Source of the DNA: an uncultured Alphaproteobacteria bacterium
Lineage (GTDB): Bacteria > Pseudomonadota > Alphaproteobacteria > CAKMZR01
Assembly: GCA_929200455.1 (NCBI GenBank)
Contig: CAKMZR010000001.1
Coordinates: 1-37,109, forward strand
Direction of reading: 5' to 3'
DNA length: 37,109 nucleotides
This document shows, in pieces, positions 19,301-25,224 of the stretch (position 1 is the first letter of the stretch; the number at the start of each line of letters is the position of its first letter). The notes under the pieces are model-generated. The model searched no databases. It had not been told where the DNA came from and worked only from the letters and a program-made list of their open reading frames with translations. The translations under genes and the position numbers were made by a program.

Positions 19301-19539
19301 CCTATAAGTTGTCTTTGTCGACTACTCAGATTGAAGATGCGGTGAAGGCAGGTCTGTTGGCGGCACCCGATACAACCAAGGCGGGTTATAAGGGGGCAGG
19401 AGGTGAGGCGGCGACGGTGGATATAGCTGCGATAGCGGCGGCGGTGGTGGAGGCTGTTTTGGCATCGGCGGTTGCAAAAAAACAAGATGTTGAAGACAAC
19501 AGACAGTTGACCGATCAGATGTTCATCGATCAGGAGTAA
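16333..19539 (+). CDS. Tail fibre / tail spike protein
   Basis: 1068 aa, the largest ORF. Has an internal Gly9 linker and C-terminal 28-aa tandem repeats. Assigned by position and architecture. Confidence 0.65.
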   Translation: MAFTHDSTTFDIHYDDTDDNDTAALLAYIAATPALQPHWVYADGVLTTGKVLRNASDWRGKITLHRLNLRFVGSGGFGARNRTARANKIHATYCTIRYEGDSYTSAGFDGVSGQDVDLSFSTFTSLASGLASNQDLVKFVRNERVGATIKMDGASFIQLGNATVSFRLNPNAATIKGLSLENKSESGAFQLALGTENNTKGTFEDLTLRGISSLGNIGGAGSKNATSEIDFIRMTTDVRDFNFPAGGQGGNNYIDCSFDGHALPANFRGRYHYDTALSEVDQYNRFFASYDAKVIDTTLNGIVGVKVVVHRSTNEEQFDVSTASDGTITTQRVLIAEFTGHNVAVTYSDFKIGFLKWGKSIVTGVKALQNGKIEDVQVLIDDGFIVEQNQGVVRARQFVASANDAYEGLISTFMDAYDGVNTVIPVTVEAGDILFFGTRKVILDPGALSVIYLSVTEVVLKVNSATRSLNINVRTEGVYEEGGRPLPSSGGVDASAHSPINTGIVIASNTDLILKFYGVDEVDVSDTLVNARNLGSTVGRLFAGVIAGFRKDASQSTSEHPIYFRTKRSEWASRPQIHFSYTNEGVTSVKSVDLVTSGNSQEITLTQSERIATIEAGVAQLKSEIDFIFSLVSRTASVTSHHKVSTGGDINVIGGSAVPDATADGDILDGYRILKGTKTGDLITADSSGSIEIKIWFKKSDYVDGFWFPSLTQTIPEATLSNAIIKLYGEGEGHSPTEVASEALGAESAGVFSFEAFNYDPLKPVYRDFFFGNANVRSITVAVTGTPNATAGVYKLNANPRVERRGDVVTRTNLQAVNLVQVGGLTTTKAELTSGGGGGGGGGEVLYEERQLKSVNGNLLTFAAKTGEVADTFHNRSILVEKDNRRETYLIQAASVQSGDVTIHVNANRQGLAANDSIKIYDRLDMPSQHKIDTKTAGLTTAETEAAVQAGLLSAPNTTKAGYKLDLTTTYIEDAVKKAMDELSDTVKNTYKLSLSTTQIEDAVKAGLLAAPDTTKAGYKGAGGEAATVDIAAIAAAVVEAVLASAVAKKQDVEDNRQLTDQMFIDQE
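17190..17211. repeat. 22-bp perfect palindrome TTTTGCATCGTACGATGCAAAA (copy 2, inside tail-fibre gene)
   Basis: Identical to 4949-4970 and again in frame as FASYDAK. Confidence 0.95.
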
Positions 19540-19543
19540 AAAA

Positions 19544-19936
19544 ATGAGCAAAGAGAGAATCGTGGGAGTGGGTACAGGGGGGACGGGGACAGTACCTTCA
19601 GGTCAGAAAATACACCATTCTCAAGTAGAGGGGCTGGACGGCAAAATAGACGCGATCGTTGATCCGAAAATATTGGCTGAAACAACGGCGAGGCAGAGTG
19701 AAGATGCAACCTTGAATAGTCGTGTTGATGCGGAAACATCGGCACGTATAGCGGCAGACAACACCCTCACAACAAACTTACAATCTGAGGTTGTGGCGAG
19801 GACGGCGGCGGTGGCAACGCGGCGGGATAAGGTGGTGTCGGTGACGGGGCTGGTGGTCAGGAAGAAAAAGGCAGACGGCACTTTTTATGATATGACGAGG
19901 GTGGTGGGAGGAACACCAACCTTTTCCGATGTATAA
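19544..19936 (+). CDS. Tail-fibre-associated protein with coiled-coil repeats
   Basis: 130 aa with repeated E-T-(T/S)-AR-x-x-(E/A)D-x-x-L heptad-like motifs common in fibre shafts. Confidence 0.5.
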   Translation: MSKERIVGVGTGGTGTVPSGQKIHHSQVEGLDGKIDAIVDPKILAETTARQSEDATLNSRVDAETSARIAADNTLTTNLQSEVVARTAAVATRRDKVVSVTGLVVRKKKADGTFYDMTRVVGGTPTFSDV

Positions 19937-19942
19937 TTTTTA

Positions 19943-19972
19943 TTGACAAGGGTGGCTGGGGTGTGCTAATTT
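19943..19972 (+). promoter_or_regulatory. Candidate promoter TTGACA-18 nt-TAATTT
   Basis: Perfect -35 and a G-rich spacer like the early cassettes. Lies in the 205-bp gap between the late and early modules. Confidence 0.45.
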
Positions 19973-19979
19973 GTGAGCG

Positions 19980-20027
19980 GAGGGTTGCGTTTTGCTTTTT
20001 CTGACCAATTCGTTTTTCGCAACCCTC
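19980..20027 (+). other. 10-bp stem hairpin (GAGGGTTGCG / CGCAACCCTC) with 28-nt U-rich loop
   Basis: Read directly. Begins at the predicted start site of the 19943 promoter and has no following T-run. Confidence 0.6.
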
Positions 20028-20041
20028 ATACCTCCCATCAT

Positions 20042-20141
20042 AAAAAATGCATTTTATTCAAAAAAAGAATTGACAAAGTAAAATGCGGGCGGTATCGTCA
20101 TGGCGTTGAGGGGGAAACAAAAACAGAAAGGTCAGGTAATA
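20042..20141 (+). promoter_or_regulatory. Early promoter+leader cassette, copy 1 (-35 at 20070, -10 TATCGT at 20093)
   Basis: TTGACA-17 nt-TATCGT, then TGAGGGGGA...GAAAGGTCA...ATG. Aligns with five other copies. Confidence 0.75.
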
Positions 20142-20699
20142 ATGGTACAGGAATTTGAAAGTAAAGATGAGTTGAAGGCGTATCTCGACGAGATTGTCCC
20201 TTTTTATTACAACGACGGCGGGCGGTCGGAATATTTCAAGGCGAAAGGCGTCGGCGATTGCGTTTTGAGGGCGTTGTGCATTGCCACGGGGAAGAATTAC
20301 AAAGAGGGGTATAATGAGTTGAAGAAATATTGTAAAAATCCTTATCCGATACGGAGGCAGACCGAAAAGCATTGTAAAGAGTTGGACTCGTGGAAAAAAG
20401 ATGCAAAAACTTTAGTGAGGGATGGTCTCAGCGACAAGGTGGGGTTGCATTTTCTGCAGTTGTGGAGTGGTGGGAAATTCGTCAAGACGGGAAAGACCAC
20501 CGTTTGTGATCCGAAATTGCAAAAAGGTGTACACGTTTTGTATTTGAGAAAGCATTGGGTGACGGTAGTTGATGGGGTCTGGTTGGATTCGTGGGATAGC
20601 AGAGTGAAAACACCCTGCGTTGTACCAGGTATAGGCATTTTGAACTGGCGGGAGCCAGTAATCAAGCGAGTTATGACTTGGGTTGGAGGAGAAGTGTGA
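20142..20699 (+). CDS. Early protein, possible papain-like Cys/His peptidase fold
   Basis: ATG 20142 follows the cassette (ORF-track start 20100 lies inside the leader). Candidate triad GDCVLRA ... KHWVTVVDG ... LDSWD. Function is a weak guess. Confidence 0.55.
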   Translation: MVQEFESKDELKAYLDEIVPFYYNDGGRSEYFKAKGVGDCVLRALCIATGKNYKEGYNELKKYCKNPYPIRRQTEKHCKELDSWKKDAKTLVRDGLSDKVGLHFLQLWSGGKFVKTGKTTVCDPKLQKGVHVLYLRKHWVTVVDGVWLDSWDSRVKTPCVVPGIGILNWREPVIKRVMTWVGGEV

Positions 20700-20980
20700 T
20701 GTTGAAGATTTACAGAGATTTCAAGCGTTTGGAAAAAGTGATGAGGGGGTTGTATTTTGAAGATGACGAGGTTTTACAAACGGTTGAAAGTTTTGGCTTT
20801 GAGGGGAATAAGAGGGAGGGGGATGGAATGAAGGAGGTGAATGTGACGAAGGGGAGGAGGAAGATAGCGTGCTTTGCCTTTAAAAAAGATGGAACCTTTT
20901 ATTTTTCTGTTTTAAGTCTTGATTTTCAATCTGAACTTTTAGAAAAGACAGAATATGGGGGAGGATATAGGTCATGTTAG
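20699..20980 (+). CDS. Hypothetical early protein
   Basis: ATG 20699 in a TGATG overlap, GGAGGAGAAG upstream; 93 aa. Confidence 0.55.
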   Translation: MLKIYRDFKRLEKVMRGLYFEDDEVLQTVESFGFEGNKREGDGMKEVNVTKGRRKIACFAFKKDGTFYFSVLSLDFQSELLEKTEYGGGYRSC

Positions 20981-21246
20981 GTCAGAGAGAAGAAGTTTTG
21001 AAGAGGTTTGAAGACCTCCAGAAAAAAATCAAAGAAGTTAATGCGGGCATACAGCAGAAGGATTGGTTGATTTTAGAGATAGATGCGGCTGGGTTTTCTT
21101 CTGAAGACAAAAATTCATCAGTCGATGTGATGTGGCAAGGTGAGGTGGTGGGGACAATAGTGGTGAGGTGGGTAAAGGACGTTGACTATTGCTACGTTGA
21201 ACCAGACTTCACAAAAAAAATGAATAATCTTCAAAAAAGTTGTTGA
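20974..21246 (+). CDS. Hypothetical early protein
   Basis: 90-aa ORF whose 3' end (..KKMNNLQKSC) runs into cassette copy 2. Confidence 0.55.
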   Translation: MLGQREEVLKRFEDLQKKIKEVNAGIQQKDWLILEIDAAGFSSEDKNSSVDVMWQGEVVGTIVVRWVKDVDYCYVEPDFTKKMNNLQKSC

Positions 21247-21312
21247 CAGTGCAGAATAGGGGTGGTAATGTAAGGTCATGAGGGGGAGAAAAACAAACGA
21301 AAGGTCAAGCAA
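21213..21312 (+). promoter_or_regulatory. Early promoter+leader cassette, copy 2 (-35 at 21243, -10 TAATGT at 21266)
   Basis: TTGACA-17 nt-TAATGT with a TGn context and the conserved leader. Confidence 0.8.
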
Positions 21313-21630
21313 ATGGAAAATATCAAACTTACACCAAAAATGATGACAGCTTTTATAAACGAAGTTGAAGCCAGAATCAAAGCAGGAGAAGAAGTAACAA
21401 TCGTCACGAGAAAGGGCAGTGACCCTTTTGAGAGGGTTGCAAACTTCAAAGAAGAAGCTCGCAACGGCGGCATCATGTTTAAAGAGGGATGGGGATTGCA
21501 CAGCTTGCATCATCGGGGCATGAGAAAAATAAGTGAAAATGAATACTGGCAAATCGCCAAAAGCAGAAAATCTCCTGATTTCTGGACAACCAAGTTTATA
21601 TTTAGAGGTGAAAATGCAAATCAATCTTAA
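21313..21630 (+). CDS. Hypothetical early protein
   Basis: 105-aa ORF starting right after the cassette leader. Confidence 0.6.
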   Translation: MENIKLTPKMMTAFINEVEARIKAGEEVTIVTRKGSDPFERVANFKEEARNGGIMFKEGWGLHSLHHRGMRKISENEYWQIAKSRKSPDFWTTKFIFRGENANQS

Positions 21631-21916
21631 GAAGTTCAGGGTGAACAGCGACTACCAAATAAAAGTGGCGGAGGCTGTGTTGAAGTTTTATCATAGGCGG
21701 ATGATCGAGGAGACGGGGGGCATCGACAACGCAATCATGGTGTTCATTTTTGATACAAAAACGGAGATGTGGACAATGAATATTGCCTTTTTGTTGGCAG
21801 ACGGTAGAAAAGTCAACGTCCGACCAATGCGATTCCGTGAGGGGTGGCACGGCGTGGATCAGGTTGCATCTTTGAATGTCAATTACCCACCGCAAAGCAA
21901 CCTTGCGTTTGTCTGA
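21614..21916 (+). CDS. Hypothetical early protein
   Basis: ATG 21614 with AGAGGTGAAA upstream (ORF-track start 21533 overlaps the previous gene extensively); 100 aa. Confidence 0.5.
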   Translation: MQINLKKFRVNSDYQIKVAEAVLKFYHRRMIEETGGIDNAIMVFIFDTKTEMWTMNIAFLLADGRKVNVRPMRFREGWHGVDQVASLNVNYPPQSNLAFV

Positions 21917-21917
21917 G

Positions 21918-22244
21918 ATGAAAAGACAACCAATCGTCAGGACCCTTTTTCCTTATGTAGGAGGAAAAAGCAAGGCATTAAAACACATCATCGACTACCT
22001 CCCTCAAGAAGGCAGAGTGATTTCACCGTTTTTAGGGAGCGGCAAGATTGAATTTGTACTCGCCAAACGCGGCGTTGATGTCTACGGCTATGATGCGTTT
22101 CCTGAACTTGTAAACTTCTGGTTGTGCGTGAAAGAGGACGCGGAGAAGGTTTCCGATTTGGCAGTTGGTCTGGGATTTCCTAACAAAGAAAAGTTTTTGC
22201 AGATAAAACGCGATTTGGGGGATTTTAAGCAGAGGTTATTGTAG
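21918..22244 (+). CDS. dam: DNA adenine methyltransferase (Dam/D12 class), N-terminal fragment
   Basis: LFPYVGGKSK and SPFLGSGKIEF (AdoMet-binding region motifs). Ends at TAG 22242. Confidence 0.7.
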   Translation: MKRQPIVRTLFPYVGGKSKALKHIIDYLPQEGRVISPFLGSGKIEFVLAKRGVDVYGYDAFPELVNFWLCVKEDAEKVSDLAVGLGFPNKEKFLQIKRDLGDFKQRLL

Positions 22245-22263
22245 GGGAAATGTTGAGAGAAAT

Positions 22264-22632
22264 TTGACTGAAAATTGGGCAGAGAGAATAAAGAGTTTTT
22301 CCTTTCCTCATAATTTACATGTGAAACACCAAGATTTTATAGAGACGTTGTCAGGTCATTCTGGTGAGTTTTTTTATTGTGACCCTCCGTACTATAAAGG
22401 CGGCGGTTATTATGGGGTGAATGGCGAATATTGCAACGGTTTCAACCACGAGATGTTGCGTGATTTGTTGTCGAAAGAGGGGCTGTGGGTGCTGAGTTAT
22501 GGCGATTGTGAGGAGGTGAGAGATTTATATACCAATTTCAGGTTGATTGAGTTGAAAATACCATACGGAAACAGAGGGCAGGTAGGCAGAGAACTTTTGA
22601 TTTTCGGTGACGACGTCAGGTTTCTATTATAA
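22264..22632 (+). CDS. dam: DNA adenine methyltransferase, C-terminal fragment in the +1 frame (frame open from 22207)
   Basis: Catalytic DPPY motif (FFYCDPPYY). No independent ATG or SD; the ORF-track start is TTG. Confidence 0.65.
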   Translation: MTENWAERIKSFSFPHNLHVKHQDFIETLSGHSGEFFYCDPPYYKGGGYYGVNGEYCNGFNHEMLRDLLSKEGLWVLSYGDCEEVRDLYTNFRLIELKIPYGNRGQVGRELLIFGDDVRFLL

Positions 22633-22729
22633 AAAATGAATAATCTTCAAAAAAGTTGTTGACACAGCAGAAGAGGGGTGGTAATGTAAGGGCATGAGGG
22701 GGACAGAGTAAAGCGTAAAAGGTCACATT
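22631..22729 (+). promoter_or_regulatory. Early promoter+leader cassette, copy 3 (-35 at 22659, -10 TAATGT at 22682)
   Basis: Same architecture; the leader is more diverged (TGAGGGGGACAGAG...AAAAGGTCA). Confidence 0.75.
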
Positions 22730-23371
22730 ATGAACACATCACCAACGACAGATCAGTACGGAGAGTTGCAGAGGGCTTTTGACTTCTTCAACGAGAAGTT
22801 GTTTGACAATCAACTACCACAAGTCATGCTTACCATCACGGACTCAAAAAGGTTTGTTGGCACGTATTGCAAAGGTCTTTTTTATAAGGGCGGCGAAAAC
22901 GAGAATCGTCTTGATGAAATATGCTTTAATGCGTCAAGCTTTGAAAATGGGGGTGAAATGGAGATTTTGAAGACGTTGGTTCACGAGCAATGCCATCAGT
23001 GGCAGTGTCATTTTGGCTTAAAGCCACCAAAAAGCAATCATCATAATAAAGAGTGGGGTGCAAAAATGGAGTCGGTTGGGTTGATTCCGTCTTCAACTGG
23101 CAAAGAGGGTGGGGATAAAACGGGTAGAAATATGAGTGAGTACGTCGAGAAGGGTGGTCGTTTTGAAAGGTTTGCAGAAGAATTTATAAAAGAATTCAAC
23201 CTTGATTGGTTTGCGAGAGATATGTCACGGAAGGGGAGTGCAAAAAAGGCGAATAAAATCTGCTATTCTCACCTTTGCGAGGTGACTTGTGAAGAGGTGA
23301 AGTTTTGGGGGAAGCCAGAAATCAACGCAATTTGCGGCGATTGCGGTGAAAGATTCGAGGAGAAAGAGTGA
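22730..23371 (+). CDS. SprT-like zinc metalloprotease domain protein with C-terminal Cys cluster
   Basis: HExxH motif in LVHEQCHQWQCH, an SprT-like N-terminus (FNEKLFDNQLPQV) and the cluster CYSHLCEV...CGDCG. Confidence 0.65.
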   Translation: MNTSPTTDQYGELQRAFDFFNEKLFDNQLPQVMLTITDSKRFVGTYCKGLFYKGGENENRLDEICFNASSFENGGEMEILKTLVHEQCHQWQCHFGLKPPKSNHHNKEWGAKMESVGLIPSSTGKEGGDKTGRNMSEYVEKGGRFERFAEEFIKEFNLDWFARDMSRKGSAKKANKICYSHLCEVTCEEVKFWGKPEINAICGDCGERFEEKE

Positions 23372-23429
23372 TTTTTTTCATCGTACGATGCAAAAAAAGG
23401 GGTAGGGGTAATCAACTGGGGCGGGAGAA
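23372..23429 (+). promoter_or_regulatory. Composite element: T7-CATCGTACGATGC-A7 palindrome followed by the G-rich tract GGGGTAGGGGTAATCAACTGGGGCGGGAGAA
   Basis: ~90% identical to 30928-30983. Fills the gap between the stop at 23371 and ATG 23430. Confidence 0.7.
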
Positions 23430-24089
23430 ATGAGTAGTAGGATGAGTGAAAGGCTAGAACATCTAACAAAGAGGTTGGGTTCTCGGGGGTTGGAGCTGTG
23501 GGTTAGGAAGGGGCGTATGGGGACTATTAAAGGTTGTGAAATGGTGCTGTTTATCGACGGCAAGCATAGCGGTTCAGTATCGCGTGACCTGAGCGAAGAC
23601 GCTGTTTTCAGGGCAGGGAACCTAAACCTAGAACTTGTTGCGGAACTCTACGAAACCCTATTACGGCAGGCAAACCCAGAGGAGAGCCAAAATTGGATAA
23701 TTTACCACCACTTCTGCCAAGACCTCCCAGACTCAGAACCCGAGCATTCCTACTCTGACCCCATTGACATCGCTGGAGGTGTCGGGCGGCTATACGGAAA
23801 GGAGAAGAAGACTAATGTTGTTCGTATTTGGATAAATGAAGATCGACTCCCTAATTTTATCAAAGAAAACTTCGGCGATGCCCCCCATTGGCTTCTAATG
23901 CCTCTAGTGGAGCGGTGGGGGAAAGCGTACTTTTACCTTCCTCAGACACTCGATTGCGACTTTGTCGCTCGTGAAATCGTGGAGGGGGTGTTCTGGGGAA
24001 GTAAAAGGTATGGTGCTCGTTTGGTCTCCTGTCGAGAAGGCGATCGACCGCACCTGTATATTTTTTTCCGTCAAGGGAAAAAAGACTAA
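23430..24089 (+). CDS. Hypothetical protein, compositional outlier (C-rich codons)
   Basis: 219-aa ORF with GGGAGAA upstream. Hand counts show + strand C content roughly 2-3 times that of neighbouring genes. Confidence 0.6.
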   Translation: MSSRMSERLEHLTKRLGSRGLELWVRKGRMGTIKGCEMVLFIDGKHSGSVSRDLSEDAVFRAGNLNLELVAELYETLLRQANPEESQNWIIYHHFCQDLPDSEPEHSYSDPIDIAGGVGRLYGKEKKTNVVRIWINEDRLPNFIKENFGDAPHWLLMPLVERWGKAYFYLPQTLDCDFVAREIVEGVFWGSKRYGARLVSCREGDRPHLYIFFRQGKKD

Positions 24090-24105
24090 TTTGAGGAGAG
24101 AAAAA

Positions 24106-24462
24106 ATGAGCGATGAATACAAACGGCAAGATCGGCAAGTAAATGAGGGGATTGAAAAGGCAGTATCGGCGGCGATGCATGTGCTTTTGTCACCACAGAA
24201 GCCAGAACAACCAGACTTGACTGACGACGAACTCAACCAGAAGGTGAAAAAGCTTGAAGATAGGCTTGAGGATGAGGGGGAACCGATATGGTCTCTTGAC
24301 GACGTCGAGAACGTTGTCGAGGAAGAGGGCTTTACCTTTGGCGATATGGAAGATTTTCAATCAATGAACATCGGCGAGGTCGATATTTTGTATAAGGAAA
24401 AGGTGGTGGCGGCGGTGAATATGGAGAGGGCTTTGACCATCGTCGGCTTTAAGAGGGTGTGA
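24106..24462 (+). CDS. Hypothetical acidic protein
   Basis: ATG 24106 with GAGGAGAG upstream (ORF-track start 23962 overlaps the previous gene); 118 aa, Asp/Glu-rich. Confidence 0.55.
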   Translation: MSDEYKRQDRQVNEGIEKAVSAAMHVLLSPQKPEQPDLTDDELNQKVKKLEDRLEDEGEPIWSLDDVENVVEEEGFTFGDMEDFQSMNIGEVDILYKEKVVAAVNMERALTIVGFKRV

Positions 24463-24567
24463 AATAAAAATGAATAATCTTCAAAAAAAGTGTTGACAAT
24501 GCTCTTTTTCTGGGCTATCCTGCAAATGTTGAGGGGGAGACAAACAAAAAAACGAAAGGTCAAAATC
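24463..24567 (+). promoter_or_regulatory. Early promoter+leader cassette, copy 4 (-35 at 24493, -10 TATCCT at 24516)
   Basis: TTGACA-17 nt-TATCCT, then TGAGGGGGAGACAAAC...GAAAGGTCA. Confidence 0.7.
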
Positions 24568-24843
24568 ATGACAGTTTTTAAAGTTAAGTCAAAAGAAGCC
24601 TCGCACCGCTATATGGGGGCTGGCGAGGTGTTTTTTATCACGCAAGACGACGAGGTTGTTGACTTGGTGTACACGGAGAGGCAGAATCACTTTCCTCTCC
24701 GAAATTTCACCTATACAGACACGCGGGCTATGGGCGATGAGGATTGGTCAATGTTTGTTAATTCTGTCCTGGACGATTGGAAAGAGGCAGGGCATGAAGT
24801 CAAGACGGGCATGGCGGGTTCTTACGAGGTGACAGAAATCTAA
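24568..24843 (+). CDS. Hypothetical early protein
   Basis: ATG 24568 is at the cassette-defined start position (the ORF-track start 24490 reads through the promoter); 91 aa. Confidence 0.6.
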   Translation: MTVFKVKSKEASHRYMGAGEVFFITQDDEVVDLVYTERQNHFPLRNFTYTDTRAMGDEDWSMFVNSVLDDWKEAGHEVKTGMAGSYEVTEI

Positions 24844-24873
24844 TTTTGGGATAAAGGGGTGGGAGAGAGGAAG

Positions 24874-25224
24874 ATGAAGATGATGAATAGGAAAAAGCCA
24901 ATACCTTCAGTTCGGTCAATAATGAATATCCCTTTTGGCACTGAAGACTTTGCAAATTATTGCAAGAAAAAGAGAATACAATTCAAAGTTGTAGAAGTTT
25001 GCGATTTTGAAGAGGTGCGTTTTTATGGGCAGGGGTTGAAGGGCGGCAAGTGGAGGGGTGTTCTGGGCGAATCAAAAACGCGAGGAGTGAAAATCATCAA
25101 AACGATGTACGTGACTGACTACACCAATGAAGAGCATTTCGATCCGCTACCCATACCTTACTCTTTTGATACAACTCACGGTTGTTTTCCTATTGACGGA
25201 AGGGGATTCGGCGATGAATATTAA
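24874..25224 (+). CDS. Hypothetical early protein
   Basis: ATG 24874 preceded by GGGGTGGGAGAGAGG; 116 aa. Confidence 0.55.
   Translation: MKMMNRKKPIPSVRSIMNIPFGTEDFANYCKKKRIQFKVVEVCDFEEVRFYGQGLKGGKWRGVLGESKTRGVKIIKTMYVTDYTNEEHFDPLPIPYSFDTTHGCFPIDGRGFGDEY

Noticed and set aside
19171-19392. The tail-fibre repeats could be a diversity-generating retroelement VR/TR pair
   Set aside because: There is no reverse transcriptase anywhere in the window. Both repeats are inside the same ORF. The 7 differences are not adenine-specific (C/A, C/G, A/G, T/G, T/A, G/C, A/G).
21266-21290. Transcripts might start exactly at the leader ATG (ATGAGGGGG), giving leaderless mRNAs for a small basic peptide
   Set aside because: The distance from the -10 to this ATG varies between 1 and 6 nt among copies. 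The ATG frame relative to the gene is inconsistent, and one copy has a stop after 5 codons.
23372-23398. The palindrome could be a rho-independent terminator
   Set aside because: On both strands the T-run precedes and the A-run follows the stem. No U-tail would follow the hairpin in either transcription direction.
24490-24567. ORF-track N-terminal extensions running through the promoter cassettes (starts at 20100, 24490 and 29735)
   Set aside because: They would place coding sequence over the -35/-10 and leader. The conserved GAAAGGTCA-N5-7-ATG geometry points to the downstream ATGs at 20142, 24568 and 29771.
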